From NCBI GenBank assembly GCA_951406725.2, contig OX597823.1:27094001-27158000 (forward strand): a stretch of DNA of 64,000 nucleotides. The letters are read 5' to 3'. How positions within the stretch are numbered: the first letter of the stretch is position 1; each line of letters begins with the position of its first letter. The notes under the pieces were generated by a model. It searched no databases. It worked only from the letters and a program-made list of their open reading frames with translations, and was not told the origin of the DNA. A program made the translations under genes and the position numbers. This stretch comes from Octopus vulgaris (lineage: Eukaryota). Below are positions 52,665 to 64,000 of this stretch, piece by piece.

Positions 52665-54206
52665 ATGCTCGCATTTTTCATGTAATCCATGATTTTTCCA
52701 GGCATTGCTGTTATAAGATAATTAATAATGTGTCAATTAATAATTTAAGATTTAAACTTATAAAATACTGAAAGACAATATTTCAATTTTTTTCATATTT
52801 AATTTAAATATATGTTGTGATTGAATTATTTGATATTATTCATCCACACCAAATTAATGGCAGGGAAATTTTCCATCTCATTGGTTGCACCATGGTTCAC
52901 CAAAAGCTACAAACAACAAGACCCAGAAACCATCAGTTACTAGGCTCACCTTAAGTAACCAAGATTTTGAATTGGTGAAAATAGCACTGACTGTTGCTAA
53001 TCTAGATCTATCAATAATTATTCAATACAACAATAATAATAAAAGCATATCAGATATACACAAGTTAAAATTACCTACGTCCCATTAATATAAATTTGAT
53101 TCATGAAAGTTAATTAATTTTAATCTCTTTTTGAAATTTAAAAAGTAAATTTAGAATATAAGCACTTTTAACTAATGCCTTTTCTGGGCAAACTTACTAA
53201 ATACCTTCAGGTCTGCCAATAGAGACACAGCCAAAAATGACTATATTCCTGCCCCAATAAATTTAGATGCACGTATCTGAAGCATATAGCACATTAATGA
53301 ACTAGCCTGATTAAATAATTAACTAAAACGAAAAGGAAAGCAACTAAGAAGAAAAGCAAAAAAAGCAGAAAGCAAGTTAATTAAAGCTGAAAGAGAAAAT
53401 TGATAATAAAAGTTAAACTTACCCTAATTCAACAGCATATTAAAAATAACTTTATTAAGTACTTCATAAAAAAATAAAATATGAGAAAAGTAAAATCGAC
53501 CTCGGTGAAATTTAAGCTCAAAATAAAATGACGGACGAAATATAATTAAGCATTTCGCCCGGCGAGCTAACGTTTCTACCAAATCGCAGCGTTAAAATTC
53601 GAGTATTCATTTTAGAAATATATTCTTATCTTAACATTATTGTTTGGGGCATTACTTCTTACTTTCTCACTTACTGGCAATAAATTTCGTGACATTTCAC
53701 CTCATAACTTTTTTCTACTAATTTTTATTCAGTGCAACTAACGATTCTCAATTCCTCATGCATTGTTCTATCATTTAAGTCTAAGACAATTATACATTTA
53801 TTTTAAAATAAAAAAAATATTATGTTAATAGAAGATGCCTTACTGCCCACATATTTTGATGTAACTTTATTTCTACTGAACCAAATCTGAAACTATTTAT
53901 GCCAGTGTAGTTGAGGAGGTATCTTTTTAAAACTGTTAACAGCTTGCAATTTAGTTGAGAAGTGAATTAGTGGTGAAGCTTGTAAGTTGCTGCAATTGAC
54001 GAAATAGTGGACTTAAGAATATATCCAACCATTACCATGGTTGAATGATAAAGTAAAGAATTGGTATCACAAATTGTATTTCAACATATCATCTATGTGT
54101 TTGATGTCCAATATGATATGAAATAATTATTAATTCGTGATTATTGACGATGGAAGCGATCGAAATAAACTATCTGAAATACCAACTGTTTTCAAACTAT
54201 ATGTAG

Positions 54207-54278
<72 letters not shown>

Positions 54279-54689
54279 TGTAGATAGATTGATAGCGCGG
54301 ATAGATAATTAAGATTACCAATCTGTTGACAATAATACGAGTGGTTGATGGGTTCTTAGAGGACAGTACATTTATAGACACGCACACACACACACAAACA
54401 CACAAACACACAGACACACACATACACACATACACATATATTTAAGTCATTCAACTAATCCGGTGGTACTCATAAAAGAGCTCCTTAATGTATCATTATA
54501 CAAGACAGAGAATATACAGTACGGCACAACAGAAAACAATAAAGAATGAAGAATGGATAAATTATTAACGACGAGAGAAATAGAATGATAAAATTCCTTT
54601 AAGAACTGGACATTTTTATGTACATATATATATATATATATATGTATATGTGTGTGTGTATACATATACATACATACATACATTCATAG

Positions 54690-54723
<34 letters not shown>

Positions 54724-54733
54724 ATGTATATAT

Positions 54734-54781
<48 letters not shown>

Positions 54782-54832
54782 GTATGTATATATATACATA
54801 CATACACACACACATATATATATATATGAATG

Positions 54833-54865
<33 letters not shown>

Positions 54866-55571
54866 AAATAAACACACACGCGCACACATATGTATATATC
54901 CAATTTGGGGTATAATAAAACTCAATCGAATATGTAATTCCAACCACCTATAAATTTGCTAAGAATTATCGATTAGAATCACACATGTTCCCCAGTCAGA
55001 TGATTTATGGATCCATATTGATTTGTTATAAATACACAAAATAAATCAGCTGATGGTGTCAATATGTGAGGTGAATGCGGCCAAAATGGTTCCTGTCTTC
55101 TTAGTTAACTTATTAATACGTGGAGTCATATGATCCCCCTCTTGTTTATAAACCACAAATTTTATGCTAGACTAGAGACACATTGGTTAATTAAGACGTT
55201 ATGTTACGTAAGCTTCAATGAATGCTGATTGTCATCTGTGAAGTTAAAGATGTATTTATGTATCGTAAAATATTGCAAGCTATCGTGCCTTCCAATATAT
55301 AAAACCGAACATAGAATCAATGAAATAGGCTCTATTTAGTCCACCGACCTGTTAAAAATATAAACGAAATCTCTTTCCAATCCCAGCATAGCTTAGAGAT
55401 GGACACATTCGAGAATGTAGTCTTGGATTACCTGAGCGTAGAAAAAACGATTGGATGGTCATGGATGGAAAACCTTTTATCACGAGTGTGTTCAATCGCG
55501 GCTGGGCTAGATCTGTTGCTGAATCAAAAAAATGAACAACAAAAACAGAATTTTGTTCCCATCAAACTTAT

Positions 55572-55978
55572 AGGCGCAGGAGTGGCTGTGTGGTAAGTAG
55601 CTTGCCTACCAACCACATGGTTTTGGGTTCAGTCCCACTGCGTGGCATCTTGGCAAGTGTCTTCTGCTATAGCCTCGGGCCGACCAATGCCTTGTGAGTG
55701 GATTTGGTAGACGGAAACTGAAAGAAGCCTGTCGTATATATGTATATATATGTATGTATGTGTATGTATATGTTTGTCCATCTAGCATTGCTTGACAACC
55801 GATGCTGGTGTGTTTACGTCCCCGTAACTTTAGCGGTTCGGCAAAAGAGACCGATAGAATAAGTACTGGGCTTACAAAGAATAAGTCCCGGGGTCGATTT
55901 GCTCGACTAAAGGCGGTGCTCCAGCATGGCCGCAGTGAAATGACTGAAACAAGTAAAAGAGTAAAGAGTAAAGAGTAA
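55572..55978 (+). mobile_element. Full-length OR-like tRNA-derived (CORE-type) SINE
   Basis: A box tggctgtgtgg, B box ggttcagtccc, internal TA/TG tract, short tandem tail. Confidence 0.85.
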
Positions 55979-56239
55979 TCATGTTGTCCTTCATACTTCA
56001 ACCGAAATTACTTTACTATGTACAGTCTTTATGTGCATCGTTGCTGCTTAGTCTCTCGCTATCCCTGATCAACCAGACTATGGTGAAAGACATTCAAGCC
56101 ATAAACATCTTCTCTAGAGCAGCATTTTCGTATGTGCTATTTGATTTAAAATGTTATGGTTTGATTTAACAGAGATTTACTTTCTATTTCTAATTAGTCG
56201 AACGATCCTGTCAAGGATCTGTAGATAACGTTTACCTTA

Positions 56240-56910
56240 TGCATAGAACTTTATCCGCTTTCTCCGCTTTCACCCTTTCTCAGCCTTCATTTTTTCTGGT
56301 TTCCTTTTCTTCTACCTTACTGTCTCTCCCCCTCTCTCTCTCTCATTCTTCATTCTTTCTGGTTTCCTCACAACCATTCCCTTTTTTCTATCCCTTTCTC
56401 TTGCTCCTCCTCCTTCCTCCCGTCGTTGACCCGCGACGAGAGCTCTGCTACTGTCTTTCTGACCTGGCTTCCTTAAAATGTTGACGGCATTTTCTGTTGC
56501 TCCTTCGCCGTTCTCAAAAATAGCGTTCGTAATACTTTATCTCGTTCGGTTTAACAGCCCTTCTTGTCTTGTTATTCTCCTTATCCTGTCTTTTACTGTT
56601 TATATTTTGTACTGTCGTTACTGTCCTGTTTTTGTTACCATTTTTACCCCTCCGCAAAAAGATCTCAAATTTTATTTAATTTGCTTTTCGCGGGAAGGAA
56701 AGTTTCTATCGAAGATGGGTATCGCCTTCACCTTCGAAACGCAGAGTAGATGAAACCATGGCGACTGAAGAAGGGGAGTTTTCTTTGTGTTATTTGTCCT
56801 GTACTCTATTCTTTCGTTGTTTAAGAAAAATGTCCAGTTCTTTGGTTTTGTGCTTATGTTTTCGTTTCTCATTGTGTTCGACGTTTGTTTGGTGTCCTGT
56901 ACCCATATAT
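56240..56910 (+). mobile_element. PLE-like 3' region with a degenerate hammerhead at ~56705-56750
   Basis: Pyrimidine-rich, with ucuau-CGAAGA..GAAAC-gca-GA-guaga. Confidence 0.45.
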
Positions 56911-57175
56911 GCATGTATATATACATGTAGAGGTAGGTACGTACATATATGTATGTATATATGCATATGTTTTATTTATTAATTTATTATATGATGGAAC
57001 GCACGCATCCATTTCTAAGTAAGATTATTCTTGATATATATATATATATATATATAAATTTATATCTAATGTAGGATAAAATTTTTTCGAAAATAAATTC
57101 TATCAATGGCCAGCATATTAAAAATACCTTTAAAGGTTAAATTATAAAGAACTTATAAATAAGTTATTTATAAGT

Positions 57176-57217
<42 letters not shown>

Positions 57218-57220
<3 letters not shown>

Positions 57221-57929
57221 GGTGATTGAAAAGTAACTCCCTATTTTAAAATACTTATAATTTATTTATTAACTATAATTTTTAGAAAAAACGAATATGT
57301 AAAGAGAGTGTATGGCATGGAATTTTATTTAAAATTTGATATAAGCAGCAGCATTCACCACCAGCTTTTGAAGTCGCCTGGGAACCACATCAACTGATTT
57401 CATCAGGAAGTCTTGTGGAATGGAAGACATAACTTCTCGTATTCACCCTTCAAGTTCTTCCAAAGTCATTGGTTTGGTAGAGAAGACCTCCTCCTTTAAC
57501 CAAGCCCAAAGAAAATAGTCGCAGGGTGTTAAATCAGGGCTTCTGGCCAGCCAGTCATGCGGATCTTGATGAATTGGAAGGACTACTACTTCAAGTATCA
57601 GCTACAAATCCTGTAGTCATGAATTTTGCATGACGATTCTTGATTATCTTTGCATCAACTTGAGCATGTCTTCCTCTAATGGTTCTCCACCATCTTTGCA
57701 CTTGAACGACTGGTTTCCAAACTTCATAATGTGCAGCTAACTGTATACACTCCTGCACAGTAAGACATCCATGTTTGTTTGTAGGGCTTCTAAATTTCAA
57801 ACAAACTAATCAATCTGAAAAAAAAAAAAAACATGAAATCAATTTTCAAACAAAACAAATTTGAGAAAAAAATTCTAGTTAATAAATAAATTATAACCAT
57901 TTTAAAATAGGGATATCTTTCCAATCACC

Positions 57930-57932
<3 letters not shown>
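57218..57932 (-). mobile_element. Internally deleted Tc1/mariner-superfamily element, sister of 9035-9752
   Basis: Same TIRs and the same main internal deletion. Confidence 0.88.
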
Positions 57933-58012
<80 letters not shown>

Positions 58013-58784
58013 ATGCCTATGGTTAACTTTCTATAACTTTATTCTCTTTACTCTTCCTTCATCTCATTTCTTTTATCTTTATCTCTGTTCTCTTACTTCC
58101 CTCTCTCTCATTAGCGTTTTCTGTCACTCTTTCCATTGTGCCCATTTCTGTTTCCAGCTCGCAATAGCTCATTGTTTCTGCTCTGGCCTTTATATATATA
58201 TATTTTTTTTTTCTGTTCGCTCATAGGACACAGAAATTTCGCTTCTCTCTGTTGCTTGCTCAAGAATTACGTCCCAGTACCATATTGATTATTTGTTTTT
58301 TTTTTTTTCTCGTCGTACTTTTTCACTGTTGCATAAATTTTACCATTTTTTCTTTCGTAAAAAGATTAATGTGTTGTCTTTTTTCTGTACCAGTGGCAAA
58401 GTCAAAGCAATATTTTTTTCATGGTGTGTGTTTTCTCCCCTAACAAATGTGATTGATGGTTGCTGACGCCACAAAGCTAGCAGAACGGGATAGAGAGCCG
58501 AAACTTCGGAATTCTCTATAGAAGTTGATGAGGGACAGTTTGTTGGTTTTTATCTGTTTGTATTCACACGTCTTGCATAATTTATACCAGCCTCTCTCTG
58601 TCTCTGTCTCTGTGATATGTGTGTGTGTGTGTGTGCATGCGAATGCGTGTTTCTGTATGTATATACACATATTAACATACACACATTCATATTTACACAC
58701 GCTCGCGCACATTTATATATATATACTTGTATGTATGTATGCATATATACACATACGCATAAATATAGATATACATACATACCT

Positions 58785-58836
<52 letters not shown>

Positions 58837-59099
58837 AGAGAAGGAGAGACAGACAGACTGACAGACTGACAGACTGGCGGAGAGCTACTGGATTTGTTAT
58901 GTATATAAACAGATCAACTGCTAATATGTTTGGTATTAATCAAATGGATTAGCCATCGGTGATGAGAATGCAGTAAGGTGCGAAAACTGATTAAGGCGGT
59001 TCTTCATTTTCTCTACTTAGAAATACTTCAATTTGCCATATTTGCATTTGTACTCCGTAGGTATGTGGCACACAAGACGCATAGACGCTTACAGCTTCT

Positions 59100-59789
59100 G
59101 CACATAAACATATACAATACATACGTGCACTATAAGGTCACATACACACCCTCACACACACATAGACACACTCATGCACTAACAGACACACACACATACA
59201 TACACACTTACACATGTGTGCATACACCACTCGAACAAGCATACTTTAGGGGCTACACAAATACTACACAAATCCTTACACACATATACACACGTCAATA
59301 CACTCACGCACACTTGCACACACACAGAAATATAAGAAGTTCACATCATTCCAAAAAATGCACACACAAGGTTACTTAAATACATACACTCACGCATTCC
59401 CAACATACACACAGGCCCACATAATTCTAAGTTCGCTCATACATACATTCACACGCGCTCGCCCCCATTCACAGAAACACTCTCACACACCATTCTTATA
59501 GGCACACACGCTCTTGCGCACCCTGGTTCAATTGGGTCACATTATTATCTCCCTTTCACTTAACTTCTTTCTTTCGATCAATTCAACACGTTGAACCCTT
59601 AATCCCTATGCATTGTTCTTCTCACTCCGTTTTCTTTCGTTCTGTCACCATTATTCTCTCAACACTTTCTGATGAGGAAGAGTAGGTTCTAAACTTCGAA
59701 GACTTTTCCATTATTCCCGAGCGTCAAACTATTACACCACCTTGTTCCTTCAACTATCCTCGCCTTTCGTTTACTGTAAATTTGAGTTA

Positions 59790-59792
<3 letters not shown>
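59100..59792 (+). mobile_element. PLE 3' region with a decayed hammerhead at 59665-59701
   Basis: cuuu-CUGAUGA..guagguucuaaac. Related to the reverse complement of 28950-29100. Confidence 0.55.
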
Positions 59793-59823
<31 letters not shown>

Positions 59824-59852
59824 CATACATACATACATACAGAGTACATATA

Positions 59853-59923
<71 letters not shown>

Positions 59924-59924
59924 A

Positions 59925-59962
<38 letters not shown>

Positions 59963-59965
59963 CAT

Positions 59966-60017
<52 letters not shown>

Positions 60018-60315
60018 TGCATACACACATATATAAATATATATATATATACACACATTCACGAATTTATGCTGCATATTACTGATGTGAAACCGTGTGT
60101 AGAAAAAGACATTGTTATAATTTGGGACGGTCATTTTCTTTTCCTAAATAATCACACGCGCTATTTTTCGTTCTTCCCTCGTTTATTCTTCTTATTTCAT
60201 CTTATATTCATTGTCTAGATATCACTCGTGGGTGACCTCTTCAGAGAGCCTTTCCACTCAAATGTATACTCCTGCTCCATCAAGGCCATTCTGTCCTTTC
60301 ATGATGTGTATCCTT

Positions 60316-60347
<32 letters not shown>

Positions 60348-60637
60348 ACATGCACGTGCACACACACAATCATAAACGTGCGCAAACACACACATGCAGA
60401 ATTACAGACGCAAACGGATGCGCAGATAAGGACAGGATGGACTAGGCGGAGCAGGAGGATAGAAGAGGAAAGAGTCGCTGAAGAGACCACAGATGTGGGA
60501 CGAAAGATTTCCGGACAATGGACATGAGATAAAATAATAACAATAATAAACGAGTGAAGAACGAATATATAGTGTGTATGTTTATTTGGCAAAAAAAGAA
60601 AAAAAAACTGACCGTCCCGAAATATAACAATATATAT

Positions 60638-60835
60638 CTTTTCTCTTTTGCTTGTTTCAGTCATTTGACTGTGGCCATGCTGGAGTACCGCCTTTAGTCG
60701 AGCAAATCGACCCCAGGACTTATTCTTTGTAAGCCTAGTACTTATTCTATCGGTCTCTTTTGCCGAACCGCTAATTTACGGGGACATAAACACACCAGCA
60801 TCGGTTGCCAAGCGATGTTGAGGGACAAACAGACA
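60638..60835 (-). mobile_element. OR-like SINE 3' half
   Basis: Matches 55790-55960. Confidence 0.8.
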
Positions 60836-60846
60836 TATAAATACAC

Positions 60847-60912
<66 letters not shown>

Positions 60913-61043
60913 TATATACATATGTATATATATATATACATATATACATATATACATATATACATATATACATATATATACATATATACATATATACATA
61001 TATACATATATATATATATATGTACATATATATATAAACATAT

Positions 61044-61100
<57 letters not shown>

Positions 61101-61136
61101 TACATATATAAATATATATATTTATATATACATATA

Positions 61137-61180
<44 letters not shown>

Positions 61181-61227
61181 TTATATATATATATATATAT
61201 ATATACGTATATATTTATATATATACC

Positions 61228-62545
61228 TATACAACAACTTAGGACAACCCAAGGAAGAGGAAAACAAGAACAAGTCATACCATTCATAGTGACACACAAC
61301 CCATGTCACCAGAATATCTTCAACATTGCCAAAGCAAACCTACCAATCATTGCCCAAAGTAATGAATTAAAAGACATAATCAAGGATCGAGCTATGGTGC
61401 TTAGTAAAAGACAGCCTAAAAACTTGAAAACATTACTAACAAAGGCAAAATTTGACCTCAGCAACAAAGACCAAACATTCACGGTATCTAAATGCAATGA
61501 TAGCCGATGTGGCACATGCCAATTCATACATACCGGTCAATATATAAACACAAAAACCGGGAAAATATTCACAAACGCGAATATGAACTGCAAAAGCAGA
61601 AATTTAATTTACTGCATCAAATGCCCAAATTGTGAAGAAATATATGTAGGTCAGACGGGAAACGCACTATTAGAACGCTCACGTGTACACCGGCAACAGA
61701 TTAGAGACCCAGAGGTCCGTCAGATACCTTTGAGTAACCACCTAGCAACATGTGGTCGGAAAATATATATAATATTTCCATTCTACAAATTACACAGCCC
61801 AAGTGAAATCGAGAGGAAAATCAGAGAAAAGAATTTTATTGATAAATTCGAACCCAAGCTAAATAAGCAATAATAATAATACTTAGAGGTATTACTTCCA
61901 CTGCTACGACCATGACCACTAACAACAACAACAATACTAAAGGTGATCAAGACGAAGATAGCAGGAAAATTATCTTATTTAGGGTTAAAAGTTCTATTGC
62001 CACCACCATCACCACTAGCAACAATAATTAAGGTGCTGACAATGATGATGATGACAATTGAAATATAAAAATATAAAAATCTCTGACAAAGGATATTTAC
62101 AACATTTCTAAAAATAACCCAACAATTGCTGCTTCGGCCAGGGTCAAGATACAGGACTCTTGACCTGTCCAACAAAGCGTGATGCCTAAACCAATCAGCT
62201 CAACCAACCAATCAGCTTAAGTAATTGAGTGATACTACACACTGATTGGTCAGAATACAGTTTGCAAAACCTAGCACTCTGGAGCCTACCCAGCTGTATT
62301 TATAGCACAGAATCACTCATCTTGCTACAGTCAAAAATTGTGAAGCATGACTGTCAACACTACTACATGAACCCGAAGATTGCAGAATTCAATGCATGAA
62401 AGTACTAGTTCAATCAGAATGAATATTTAACATTCTACTATTTCATTTTATTTTATTCAATTATAATATATTATCTTATAATATATCATTATAAGATTGT
62501 AAATAAAACGTGAAAATCAGACAAGGTTGGAATTCTTTTTATTAA
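61228..62545 (+). mobile_element. 5'-truncated Penelope-like element with intact GIY-YIG ORF (61289-61873), between (TA)n tracts
   Basis: KRQPKNLK..CNDSRCGTC..NCKSRNLIYCIKCPNCEEIYVGQTG..R..H..REKNFI..PKLN. Confidence 0.9.
62368..62412 (+). ncRNA. Minimal type I hammerhead in the PLE pseudo-LTR (U4C deviation)
   Basis: ugaac-CCGAAGA-uugca(gaauucaa)ugcau-GAAA-guac-UA-guuca. Confidence 0.72.
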
Positions 62546-62652
<107 letters not shown>

Positions 62653-62726
62653 TATATATACATACATATATATATATGTATATATATATGTATGTATAAA
62701 TATATAAATATATATATATATATGTT

Positions 62727-62772
<46 letters not shown>

Positions 62773-62817
62773 AATGTATATATATATATACACACACACG
62801 CCCATCAAAACACAGAT

Positions 62818-63762
<945 letters not shown>

Positions 63763-64000
63763 CGAAGAATGGCGAATGCCACCTCGAGTGTCGCGTTGCT
63801 CTCCAGCAACTCTACCGTCCTGGGTCAACCTTCAGCAACTGCATCACCATGGAAGCATTCTATAGGGGATTAGTGGAGGAGAAGTACGACGACGACCTCG
63901 GGACGAACCTGGGCGTCGACGAGGAATACCTGACCCGTTTGTTCAAGACGACTTTCGGGCCGGGACCTATGGACAACTTCCAGAGATCCTTGGCCTGGCA
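63763..64000 (+). mobile_element. 5'-truncated L1/Tx1-like ORF2 C-terminal fragment running off the window
   Basis: GC-rich open frame [30 protein letters not shown] starting directly after (CTAT)n. Confidence 0.6.

Noticed and set aside
53422-53467. Signal-peptide-like MKYLIKLFLICC with GTAAGT donor
   Set aside because: In-frame TGA before the donor, and the phase does not match downstream exons.

Overview
AT-rich, microsatellite-saturated eukaryotic DNA, most likely an octopod cephalopod. This is inferred from SINEs resembling the octopus OK/OR families and from the TE mix. Most ORF-track entries are microsatellite translations. The window is a transposon graveyard. It holds a full-length CR1-group LINE (10099-14619, -) with an unusual Myb/SANT + 2xCCCH ORF1, and several R4/Dong-like RLE LINE fragments, all in (TAA)n. 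It also holds Helitron derivatives, Tc1/mariner copies (one inside a 2-kb tandem duplication), Tx1-like, Gypsy and RTE fragments, many SINEs, and Penelope-like elements (PLEs) with about 10 intact or decayed hammerhead ribozyme motifs. The best leads are: (1) a candidate 3-coding-exon minus-strand gene for a ~105-aa secreted peptide, with a divergent paralogous exon at ~42 kb; (2) an in-frame mariner-HTH/Penelope GIY-YIG fusion ORF, whose missing mariner continuation sits 3.4 kb away as a microhomology-flanked insertion; (3) a 110-nt hairpin whose arm differences are mostly G-U pairs on one strand; (4) the ribozyme set, including a family-fixed core variant; (5) a ~240-bp-arm foldback. All calls were made by eye and no searches were run.
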